Positions 30,660-39,576 of a stretch of DNA of 64,000 nucleotides are shown here, piece by piece (the stretch's first letter is position 1; the number at the start of each line of letters is the position of its first letter). This stretch comes from Gammaproteobacteria bacterium (lineage in GTDB: Bacteria > Pseudomonadota > Gammaproteobacteria > Ga0077536). The notes beneath the pieces are model-generated. The model saw only the letters and a list, made by a program, of their open reading frames with translations. It was not told where the DNA came from and did no database searches. The stretch covers positions 1,536,001 to 1,600,000 of the forward strand of contig CAXXLL010000002.1 of the NCBI GenBank assembly GCA_963662545.2. The letters run 5' to 3'. A program made the position numbers and the translations under genes.

Positions 30660-31914
30660 ATGAGCTTCATCGATCACGTTCGCGGCGTGTTTCTGTTCAC
30701 CGCCTTGCTCGCCAGCAGCAGCGTCGCAGCCTTGAGCGATTCGGAAGTCGACAAGCTGTTCAACGACGCACTCCTGCAGTCAGGCTCGGGCGATCTCGGC
30801 CTACGAGACCATTCTGAGCGAACGGCCGGGCGCCGGCCGTGTGCGGCTCGAACTCGCCCTCGCGAACTACCGCGCCCTGAATTACGCCGCCGCGCGTGCG
30901 GAAGCGCAGAAGGTGCTCGACGATCCGGCGACCCCTGAGAACGTACGTCAAACCGTCCGCGCCTTTCTGGCCGAGATCGACAAGTCGGACAGAAAGCACC
31001 TGTTCACGCCGTACCTGTCGTTCGGCTGGATCCACGATGACAATGTCAATGTGGGACCGGATTCCTCCGTCATCGACATCGGCACGACCACCTTGACGCT
31101 TGCCGCCGGCTCAAAGCCGCGCGAAGACGACGGCGTCCAGATCTCGGCCGGTATCAACCACCGCTACCTGTTCGACAACACCATGAGCATCGCCGGTGAC
31201 CAGGCGGCGGTTGCCTGGCTGAGCCAGGTGAGCCTGTTCCGCAACCAGTATTTCGACGAGGACGATTTTCATCTCAACGTCATTACCGTGCGCACCGGGC
31301 CATCATTTTTGGTCTCCCGGAAATGGCGGTTGCAACTCGACGGCGAATTCAACCACATCGCCATCGGCGACGACGCCATCGCCATCTACGGCGGTTTCAA
31401 CCCGTCGCTGAACTTCTTCATCAGTAACCAGTTGACCTTGACCTTCTCGGGCCAGATCCAGATCCGCGATTTCAACCGCGGCTCGGATAAGGATCGGGAC
31501 GGCGAGTACTATGCCGGCGGCGGCGCGATCGGCTATCAACTGGCGAATCTGCCCGTAGTCATCCGCTTCGGGTTCAGCGGCTTCACCGAAGACGCCGATA
31601 CCGCGCGCCGCTCCAACGACGGCTGGATTGCCAACGCCGGGGTCAACTGGCGGCCCATCCCCAAGGCGAACGTGTTCTTCAATTACTTCCATCGCGACCG
31701 CAAATACGATGGCGCGGAGCCCATCTTCGCGGTGAGGCGGGACGAGAACGAGGATCGCTTCTACGCGGGGGCCAGCTATCGGCTGATCGACGGCGGAACC
31801 CTGGACGGCCTGACTGTAAACTTTAGTTACACGAATACCGAACAGGACTCGAATGTGCCTATATTCGAGTTCGAACGCGACCAGTTCCTGCTGTCGCTGT
31901 CGAAAACCTTCTGA
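30660..31914 (+). pseudogene. Slam/DUF560-like TPR + outer-membrane beta-barrel, frameshifted near 30790
   Basis: Signal peptide; TPR (AYETIL..RVRLELALA); HDDNVNVGP barrel entry; amphipathic strands; C-terminal Phe (LSKTF). Confidence 0.75.
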
Positions 31915-32016
31915 TCAAGTGTGAAACAGGCCACATAATTCCCCGCCGCATGCGCGTTTAATACGCCAATACGCGTCGAAAATTCCCACCACGAATTCGA
32001 CCGGGAGCGACCCTTT

Positions 32017-33207
32017 ATGAACAAGCCGAATTATTCCAAGACCCCGTTGTCCCTCGCGCTTGCGGGACTGTGTTTCTCGGGATTCAACAATGCCCAGGCG
32101 GACAGCTTCGACGAATGGGGCTTCTGGTCCGGCGGCGGCGCCCCGAACGGCGGCCCCGGCGGCGGTGCTGACGTTCCCGGCGGCAATGGTGGTCTGAACG
32201 GCGGCGATCCGAACGACCAGTCCGGCCCCCTCGGCGACGACATCTTCGACACCTTCGTAGCAGGACTGCCCGGCCCGGTGGACGACGAAACGCCAAATCC
32301 CTTCGCCTTCGAGGATCCACCGACCGGCACCTGGGACATCTATGCGTCGAACGGGTACGCCGGCACTGGCACCTTCAGCGATGGTGTAGTCGCCACGGGT
32401 ACGCTGGTACTCGGGCCGTCGACTCACGGCAACGAAGGATCCGTCTACGGCGACGGCGTCATCAATGCAATGCTGACCGACATGGAAAACCCGGGTATGA
32501 CCGATGTTGTCACCGGCGTAGGAGACGCCGCTCCCCCGATGAGCTGCGAAAATGCCTGCGTCTTCGTCGGCAACGACGAGACGGGCGACCAATTCGTACC
32601 CTTTGTTGCGTCAGGGGAAGGGATCGAAGGAAGCATCGACACCGAGGGAGAGCCCGGCGATATCGAGGACATGGCGGACTTTTTCGCCGACGGCAGTATT
32701 GAGACCGCCGCCGACATGATTACTACAGTCGGTTCGGGGGGAGAAATTGGCCCCGGTAACGGCATTGGCCCCGGTGTTTTTGTCACCGGTCAGCGGACGC
32801 CGTCCGCCGATGTGCAGATGATGAACATCGATAACGTCCAGGCCAATTTCCAGGGCTCCAGCTTCTTTACCCAGCACAGCGTCTCGATCGACGTCAGTTT
32901 CGGTGGGCAGTCGCCGTCTTGGAACGGCAGTTTCACGGACGGTGCCGTGAATAACCACGAAGGCGCCCACGACTTCAATGCCAGCGGCGGTTTTGATGCG
33001 AACAGCCATGGCGTGTCGAACAGCATCAGCGGCGATTCGACGGCGGGCACGGTGATCTTTTCCTTCTTCGGCCCTCAAGCTGCGAAACTCGGCGGCAACA
33101 TGGATGTCACCGGTCCCGGCGACCAGGGCATGACGCACATACAGGACACGTTCTCGGCCTTGCAGGGCGGTGATGTGATCGAAGGCGGGTTCGAAAACGG
33201 AGACTGA
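32017..33207 (+). CDS. secreted Gly/Asp-rich acidic protein with C-terminal TbpB-like barrel (putative Slam cargo)
   Basis: Signal peptide ending AQA; SFFGPQAAKLGG motif typical of TbpB-like 8-stranded barrels; adjacent to the Slam-like gene. Confidence 0.65.
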   Translation: MNKPNYSKTPLSLALAGLCFSGFNNAQADSFDEWGFWSGGGAPNGGPGGGADVPGGNGGLNGGDPNDQSGPLGDDIFDTFVAGLPGPVDDETPNPFAFEDPPTGTWDIYASNGYAGTGTFSDGVVATGTLVLGPSTHGNEGSVYGDGVINAMLTDMENPGMTDVVTGVGDAAPPMSCENACVFVGNDETGDQFVPFVASGEGIEGSIDTEGEPGDIEDMADFFADGSIETAADMITTVGSGGEIGPGNGIGPGVFVTGQRTPSADVQMMNIDNVQANFQGSSFFTQHSVSIDVSFGGQSPSWNGSFTDGAVNNHEGAHDFNASGGFDANSHGVSNSISGDSTAGTVIFSFFGPQAAKLGGNMDVTGPGDQGMTHIQDTFSALQGGDVIEGGFENGD

Positions 33208-33241
33208 GGCGTTAATTGTTCGAACTGGAACAACCAATACC

Positions 33242-33269
33242 GAAAGGGCCCCCTGCGGGCTCTTTTTTT
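33242..33269 (+). terminator. intrinsic terminator
   Basis: AAGGGCCC-cctgc-GGGCTCTT stem followed by a T run. Confidence 0.75.
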
Positions 33270-33334
33270 GTCTCCCGATTAACTCTGAGCCATAATTTCC
33301 CAAGCGACACCGCGAACGAGACCACGGCACCGCC

Positions 33335-34006
33335 ATGCTGAACCGCATCGACAACGTCCTCACGCAAGATGAAATCGCCCGCATCTTCGAGGTGTTCGAA
33401 TCGGTGCCGTTCATCTCGGGCAAGGCGACCGCCAAGGGGGGCGCGCAGAACGTCAAGGACAACCTGCAGCTGCCGCCCGATAACGAGCAAGTCCAGGAAA
33501 TAATGAAACTGGTCCTGGACGCCCTCAAGCGCAACCAGGAATTCTTCATACTGGCCTATCCGCGCCGCGCCTATCCGCCGATGTTCAGCCGCTACGAAGC
33601 CGGCATGACCTACGGCGAGCACGTCGACAATTCGATCATGCGGATGCCAAAACCGATGCGCACCGATGTCGCCCTAACCCTGTTCCTGAGCGATCCCGAC
33701 AGCTACGACGGCGGGGAGCTGGTGGTGAAGATGACGGGCGGCGAAACGGCGGTGAAACTGCCGGCCGGATCCCTCGTCACCTATCCGCCCTACTACGTCC
33801 ACCGGGTCGAACCGGTGACTCGCGGCGTACGCTACGCCGCCGTCACCTGGGCCGAAAGCCTGCTGAGGGATCCCGAGCAGCCTGCCGTGATGCACCAGCT
33901 CGACCGCGCGATTCGGCGCCTGCAGGAGAACGGCCAATTGCCGGACGACCAGACAGAGCTGACTAACGTCTACCACACCCTGATGCGCATGTGGGGCGAA
34001 CCGTGA
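33335..34006 (+). CDS. PKHD-type Fe(II)/2OG dioxygenase (PiuC/YbiX-like)
   Basis: SGKATA...VKDNLQL, YGEHVDN, RTDVALTLFL.DPDSYDGGEL, HRVEPVTRGVR. Confidence 0.9.
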   Translation: MLNRIDNVLTQDEIARIFEVFESVPFISGKATAKGGAQNVKDNLQLPPDNEQVQEIMKLVLDALKRNQEFFILAYPRRAYPPMFSRYEAGMTYGEHVDNSIMRMPKPMRTDVALTLFLSDPDSYDGGELVVKMTGGETAVKLPAGSLVTYPPYYVHRVEPVTRGVRYAAVTWAESLLRDPEQPAVMHQLDRAIRRLQENGQLPDDQTELTNVYHTLMRMWGEP

Positions 34007-34056
34007 GCCGATCCGCCGGTGTGCTTGCAACGCGACCGTCTCGTGGAAGTTGAAAC

Positions 34057-34578
34057 TTGGACGGACCGGTATTTCAGATTTTTTCAGACCTCATGCCGGC
34101 GGCCCTGCATCAGGCTGCCTGGGAAACCTGCATGGCGACCCAATGGGGCTTCGGCAACCAGTCGAACGAAAGCAAGAGCCTGCCGTTCTGGAAGATGGAG
34201 CTGGGCGGCGTGCCGGCCATCGACGCCTTGTGGGAACACGGCAGGCCACGGTGCGAGGAGATCGTGCAGCAGCCACTCACGGTCCTGCGCCAATACGCCA
34301 ACGGACACACCTACGGGCAGGGCGGTCAACTGCATCACGACGACAAGCGGCCGGACACCTACACCCTGCTCTATTACCCCATGCCGGAGTGGCACGTGGA
34401 GTGGGCCGGTGAAACCGTGTTCTATGACGGCCAGGGTGAGATCGCCCAAGCCGTCCTGCCCGCGGGCAATCGTGCCATCTTTTTCGATTCGCGCATCGGG
34501 CACGCGGGCCGCGCGCCGAGCCGCTTCTTCGGCGGACTCAGGGTGACGATCGCCTTCAAGCTCGAAGTCGACGGGTAG
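34057..34578 (+). CDS. small 2OG-Fe(II) oxygenase (prolyl-hydroxylase-like)
   Basis: YANGHTYG..G.LHHD, WAGETVF, FDSRIGH...R; start uncertain. Confidence 0.8.
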   Translation: MDGPVFQIFSDLMPAALHQAAWETCMATQWGFGNQSNESKSLPFWKMELGGVPAIDALWEHGRPRCEEIVQQPLTVLRQYANGHTYGQGGQLHHDDKRPDTYTLLYYPMPEWHVEWAGETVFYDGQGEIAQAVLPAGNRAIFFDSRIGHAGRAPSRFFGGLRVTIAFKLEVDG

Positions 34579-34626
34579 TATTTCCGTTCGCCCGTCAGCC
34601 CAGCGACGCCGCTTGACCCGCGCCGC

Positions 34627-35420
34627 GGTATTGTCACGTTAACTCCAACTCGACATGTCATGCACCGAGTTGTGGTCGTTTAGGAGCTGGTTGCAATCTG
34701 CCAAGACCTGAACGCCCGTAACCTGAATAAACGATAGTTTTTGGCGGCCAGCAAATGGCGGCCCAGCTTGAATCAATTTTGAACCGCGGCATGAATTGAT
34801 AGAAAACGCTGTGCCTGAGTAATTAATTTGAATCGCCGCATTCGCCATTCTTGCCGTCGCGTCGACTGGTGAAAAAGTTCTGCACGATTATTCGCATACT
34901 GCTCGGCAACGTGAATTGAGTCGGGCATGCTATCTTTAGCGGCAGGCGGATAGCTCTTCAATTGATCAGTGACGAGGACCCTTGGGGTTCCCCTGTGACG
35001 CTTAACCCGCCTTCGGAAGAACTTCTTTGCTGCGCGAGCGTCGCGTTTCTTTTGCACAAGAATATCAATCACATCGCCATCCTGGTCGACGGCCCTGTAT
35101 AGATATCGCTGCCTACCCTCAAGCCGGACGAACACCTCGTCGACGTACCAGATATCACCATATCCACTGTTACGCTTCCTTAGGCATGATGCATATTTCT
35201 GGGCCCGAACTTTATGCACCAGCGAGGAACTGGCTCATAAGACACCTGGATCTCTCGCTCGGCGAGCAAATCCTCGAGAGCACGAAAGCTTAGACTGCAT
35301 CGAGGATAGCGTCAGACTGTGTAGGGGATGATTTCTGGTGGGAAGCGGTGGCGGTGATACTGACTGTTGGACGTTTTCATCCCGCCACTTTGCCTAATCG
35401 TCGATTAACGTGACAATACC
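34627..35420 (-). mobile_element. IS6-family element (794 bp) with degenerate transposase
   Basis: Perfect 16-bp TIR GGTATTGTCACGTTAA/TTAACGTGACAATACC; tnp from ATG 35380 (YHRHRFPPEII...stop...; WYVDEVFV, YRAVDQDG, NNRAE) with stops and shifts; no TSD. Confidence 0.92.
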
Positions 35421-35437
35421 TCCGGAGGAGTTGAAGA

Positions 35438-37708
35438 ATGTATTCTGTACTGGATACAGACTGTGCGCGTCTTGCCGGCTGGGCGACATTTTTGCGCGGT
35501 GTCTGCCTCGGCATCGGTTTGGCGTTTACGGCAATGTCGGCCTCAGCCCAGGAATCCCGTTCTCCCCTCATGGAAGAATTCGTCATCACCGCGACGAAGA
35601 AGAACGTCGAGGAAACCGTCCACGACGTAGCGCTGGCGGTCACCGCCTACGGGGCCGATCAGCTCGATGCATTGCACGTGCGCGATCTGACCGACCTCTC
35701 CTTCTCGATGCCGAACGTCCAGCTCGACGATATCGCGACGGCCAAGGGCGTGGCCAACTTCTCGATCCGCGGGCTCGGCACCAACAGCTCTATCCCGTCG
35801 ATCGACCCGACCGTTGGTGTTTTCGTCGACGGCATGTACATGGGCATCACCTCCGGAGTGCTGCTGGACATGTTCGACCTCGAAAGCATCGAAGTGCTGC
35901 GCGGTCCGCAGGGATTGCTTTTCGGCCGCAACGTCACCGGCGGCGCGGTCGTGATCAATACCAAGGATCCCGGCGACGAGTTCGCGTTTTCGGCGAAGAC
36001 CGTGGTCGAGGGCCGCCTGGGGGAGGGCACCGGGCCGAACTATTACGCGATGGCATCGGTAACCGGCCCCATCGTCGAGAACCTTGCGGCGAAGCTCTCG
36101 ATGTACATGAACATCGACGAGGGCTGGCACGAGAACCTGTTCGACGGGCGCGATTTCGGCAAGACGGAGAATTACATCGCGCGCCCCTCGGTGAAGTGGA
36201 GTCCGACGGCAGACATCGAGCTTCTGGTCAAATACGAGCACGGCAAGCTCGATGCCGATGGCCCGGCGGCGCAGAATGCGGCGCTGTTCGATAAGGACGA
36301 ATTCGACTTCTCCGTCGATGAACGAGGCTTCTCGGATCACGATTGGGACCAGGTCATCGTCGAAGCGAATTGGGACGTGTCTTTCGGCGACGGCACCTTG
36401 ACCAACATCTTCGGCTGGCGCGAGTACCAGGCCACCGCACTGGTCGACGTCGACGCTACGCCAACATTTCTGTTCCACAGCACCGCGATGATCGATCAGG
36501 AGCAGTACAGTAACGAGTTCCGCTACGCTGGCCGCTTCGTCGACGCCTTTTCGGTCACCGGCGGAATCTATTATTTCACCCAGGACCTGTCCTACCAGGA
36601 AACGCGGTCACTGCCTGCAACGCTGGCTTCGCTCGGGTTCGCGACCGTGTTTGAAGGCGGCGGCATTCAGGATCACGACACCTGGGGCGTGTTCCTAAGC
36701 GTCAACTACGATTTCCTCGATCACTTCACCCTGACCTTTGGCGGACGCTACACCGAGGAGGACAAATCGGTGAAGATCGCGTCGCTCAACGCTAACATTG
36801 CGGCGCTGCCAGCGGGCAACCTGCTGTCGGGCATGGCCGTGAGGCCCTTTCTCGCGTGCGACGTGATCGGCGAGGCCTGCGCCTTCGTCGACGAGGACAG
36901 CTGGGACTCGTTCACGCCGAAGATCGGCCTGCAGTGGCGGCCGAGCGACGAGATCCAGGCCTATGCTCACTGGACGAAAGGCTTTCGCTCGGGCGGCTAC
37001 AACCTGCGCAACACCGATCCTACGATCGGCCCCGGTCCTTTCGACCAGGAAGAACAGAATTCCTACGAAGTGGGGATCAAGTACCGCGCTGCCGATCGCC
37101 GGGTTAACTCGAGCCTAGCGCTCTACTGGAACGACATCGAAGACATGCTGCGTGAGATCATTACGCCCGGTGTCGCGGGCGCGGTCCAGGTGGTCCGCAA
37201 TACCGCCGCGGCAACCATCCGCGGCTTCGAGGTTGAAACCTTGTATTGGGCCTCGCAGAACCTCGTCATCAATTTCTTCGTCGGCTACACCGACGGCGAG
37301 TATGACAAGGTCGTCTTCGATCTCAACGGCGACGGATTGGTCAACGGGCTCGACGAGGATCTCGATATCCCGCGGTTGTCGCCCTGGACCTACGGCGCGG
37401 GCTTCGTCTATGCGCGGCAGGTTCCGCGCCTGGGCATCGCGTCCGCACGCCTGAATTTCAACCACCGCGACAAAGCGGCCTCCACGGACAACAACATCGG
37501 CCAGCTCCGGGAAGTGGACCACCTCGACTTCAGCCTGTCGCTGACCTTGCCCTCGCGGCGATGGACCGCCCGGCTGTACGGTAAGAACATGCTCGACGAC
37601 GTGGCGATCGGCGGTGACACGATCACGCCGTTCGGGGTGCCGTTCGGCACGTTCTCGCCGCTCAGCACCGGCCGGATTGTCGGAACGGAACTCAAATTCG
37701 ACTATTGA
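35438..37708 (+). CDS. TonB-dependent receptor
   Basis: Signal peptide, TonB box EEFVITA, plug (IRGLG, IEVLRGPQGLLFGRN), GFRSGGYN, aromatic C-terminus. Confidence 0.95.
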   Translation: MYSVLDTDCARLAGWATFLRGVCLGIGLAFTAMSASAQESRSPLMEEFVITATKKNVEETVHDVALAVTAYGADQLDALHVRDLTDLSFSMPNVQLDDIATAKGVANFSIRGLGTNSSIPSIDPTVGVFVDGMYMGITSGVLLDMFDLESIEVLRGPQGLLFGRNVTGGAVVINTKDPGDEFAFSAKTVVEGRLGEGTGPNYYAMASVTGPIVENLAAKLSMYMNIDEGWHENLFDGRDFGKTENYIARPSVKWSPTADIELLVKYEHGKLDADGPAAQNAALFDKDEFDFSVDERGFSDHDWDQVIVEANWDVSFGDGTLTNIFGWREYQATALVDVDATPTFLFHSTAMIDQEQYSNEFRYAGRFVDAFSVTGGIYYFTQDLSYQETRSLPATLASLGFATVFEGGGIQDHDTWGVFLSVNYDFLDHFTLTFGGRYTEEDKSVKIASLNANIAALPAGNLLSGMAVRPFLACDVIGEACAFVDEDSWDSFTPKIGLQWRPSDEIQAYAHWTKGFRSGGYNLRNTDPTIGPGPFDQEEQNSYEVGIKYRAADRRVNSSLALYWNDIEDMLREIITPGVAGAVQVVRNTAAATIRGFEVETLYWASQNLVINFFVGYTDGEYDKVVFDLNGDGLVNGLDEDLDIPRLSPWTYGAGFVYARQVPRLGIASARLNFNHRDKAASTDNNIGQLREVDHLDFSLSLTLPSRRWTARLYGKNMLDDVAIGGDTITPFGVPFGTFSPLSTGRIVGTELKFDY

Positions 37709-37750
37709 GGCGCGCAGCACGCACGACCGCACGCCGACATTCGTTGAAAA

Positions 37751-37787
37751 GGTACTGACAAATTAAACGACTTTAAGTGACAATTCC
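37751..37787. mobile_element. pair of IS6-type TIR remnants separated by ~6 bp
   Basis: GGTACTGACAAATTAA (matches the 21169-21184 end) and TTAAGTGACAATTCC (resembles 35405-35420). Confidence 0.55.
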
Positions 37788-37930
37788 TGGATGAACCAAT
37801 GATCTAGCCTGTACCAACGTCACAGATACGCACCTACGATCATTAGACCGCTGGCGGCAACCAGAATGGCGCTTCAGATCGGGAGTAACAACGTGTAGAG
37901 GAGAGGACAATCCGGGACACCGATCGAGGC

Positions 37931-39415
37931 TCAACCTTCAACAGCGATTGACATTCCGGCCTCGACGTACTTGCGCGCTGTACGGGGATCCAGCGCGGTT
38001 CGTTCGGCCACCGCTGCGTAGGTTCCCAGACGTCGATATAGTGCGGCGCAGTAGCGCTCCAGCAAGGCGGTCGCGGTGAGTTGTCCCGTACGTACTGCTT
38101 CGACCAGAATATCGTCCTGGTCGGTTGGCACGTCCGCCAGGTCTCCTCGGTAGCGTCCCGTAACCAGCACGCGGCGTACCGCCTGCTCGAGTTCGCGCAC
38201 GTTGCCCGGCCACGCGTAGCCGCGGGGGACGCTGTGTTCCAGCCTCTCCAGCACGTCCGCGATAAGAAGCGTATCCGGGGTGCCGACGATGCGATCCACG
38301 AGCAGGCACACGAGGTCGTCGCGTTCGCCGGGGTTTTCCGCGAGCCGCTGGCGCAACGTCGGTACCTCGATCACGTCCGAACACAGACGATAGTAAAAGT
38401 CGTCGCGAAACCGGCCCGCCCGACGCAGGGCTGCCAGCGGTTGATTCGTTGCTGCAATCACACGCCCCGAGAATCGCTGCTTGTCGCGTCCCCCCAGCGG
38501 CACGAAGATCCTTTCCTGTAACACCTGGAGCAGCTTAATCTGCACCGGGATCGAAATCTCCCCGATCTCGTCGAGAAACAAGGCGCCGTGGGCGCTGCAG
38601 CGTGCGAGCACCCCGTCATGGTCGCGGATCGCCCCGGTGAAGGCGCCCTTGCAGTGCCCGAACAGTTCGGACTCGATGAGTGTTTCGGGGAACTGGGACA
38701 GGTTCAAGGCGATGAAGGTATCTGCGAAATTGACCGCAAAGCGCCGCTCGGTAGCAACGTAAGGGATGAATTCGGAGCGCCCGATCGCGGCCGCCGCCGA
38801 GCCCTTGCCAGTCCCCGTGGCGCCCAGCAAGAGCGTCGAGAAGTCCTCCATGCGATCGTAGAGCGAAGCGTCATAACGCCGCATATCGTGCGTGAAGATG
38901 TTGTTCCACAGCGCCTTACGGAGTTTCTGCATGGACTCGCATTTGCCCGCCAGCGAGCCGTGGATGAAATAGAAAGCGCGGCGAAGCTGAAAGAACAGGG
39001 CGAAATAACGCTCGGCTCCTGCTTCATCCAGACCGCATTGAGCTAACTCAGCGATTGCCGTCTCGGCGAAATCTACCGCTGGTGTGGACCCGCTGCGCCG
39101 TGCCTGGCGCTCGATGAGAGCATCCAGCCGTGGGACCAGCCGGTGATAGCAGATGTAACGCTGACCGAGTTCTACGCGGTGCCGATCGTCTGCTTCGAAT
39201 CGCCGAAATCCCTCCGCGCCGACAATTCGGTGAATACGGGCCTGAACAATCTGCGCCAGCGCTTCGCGGTGGCCCGTCAGATCGCCAACCGGTACGTCCG
39301 GTGCGAGCTGCGCGATCAGTCCGGCGCGTTGCCCCGAATAAGGGTTGCCGAAAATAACCTCAACGAGCTTGTCGAAGAAGTCGCGGTCGGCGGGGCTCAG
39401 GCGGGCAGCGGGCAT
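37931..39415 (-). CDS. sigma54-dependent enhancer-binding protein with uncharacterised N-terminal domain
   Basis: GATGTGK, ESELFGH.KGAFTGA, LFLDEIGE, FRDDFYYRL, WPGNVRELEQ, C-terminal HTH. Confidence 0.92.
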   Translation of the reverse strand: MPAARLSPADRDFFDKLVEVIFGNPYSGQRAGLIAQLAPDVPVGDLTGHREALAQIVQARIHRIVGAEGFRRFEADDRHRVELGQRYICYHRLVPRLDALIERQARRSGSTPAVDFAETAIAELAQCGLDEAGAERYFALFFQLRRAFYFIHGSLAGKCESMQKLRKALWNNIFTHDMRRYDASLYDRMEDFSTLLLGATGTGKGSAAAAIGRSEFIPYVATERRFAVNFADTFIALNLSQFPETLIESELFGHCKGAFTGAIRDHDGVLARCSAHGALFLDEIGEISIPVQIKLLQVLQERIFVPLGGRDKQRFSGRVIAATNQPLAALRRAGRFRDDFYYRLCSDVIEVPTLRQRLAENPGERDDLVCLLVDRIVGTPDTLLIADVLERLEHSVPRGYAWPGNVRELEQAVRRVLVTGRYRGDLADVPTDQDDILVEAVRTGQLTATALLERYCAALYRRLGTYAAVAERTALDPRTARKYVEAGMSIAVEG

Positions 39416-39427
39416 ACATTAAATGTA
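39415..39427. promoter_or_regulatory. putative upstream activator palindrome TACATT-A-AATGTA
   Basis: Perfect inverted repeat ~90-100 bp upstream of the -24 box, overlapping the EBP start. Confidence 0.5.
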
Positions 39428-39496
39428 GTCGTTACCTGCATGAAATGCTGGTCTTGGATCCGAAGTCGAACCATTTCTGGAATAAAATACCTTTTA

Positions 39497-39509
39497 AATC
39501 ACATAGTTG
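39497..39509 (+). promoter_or_regulatory. putative IHF site
   Basis: AATCACATAGTTG (one mismatch to WATCAANNNNTTR) preceded by an A/T tract. Confidence 0.55.
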
Positions 39510-39515
39510 AACGGA

Positions 39516-39531
39516 TGGCACGGCCGTTGCT
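39516..39531 (+). promoter_or_regulatory. sigma54 -24/-12 promoter
   Basis: TGGCAC-GGCCG-TTGCT, exact consensus, next to a divergent EBP. Confidence 0.9.
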
Positions 39532-39576
39532 CTTTTGTTCCTCATATTAATGCCTGGGCACGAATCGGGGGAGGCC

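Noticed and set aside
17198-34760. Recurring GGTATTGTCACGTTAACTCCAACTCGAC as a CRISPR repeat or integron attC
   Set aside because: Copies are kilobases apart and one belongs to a full IS6 with a matching TIR; no spacers, cas genes or intI.
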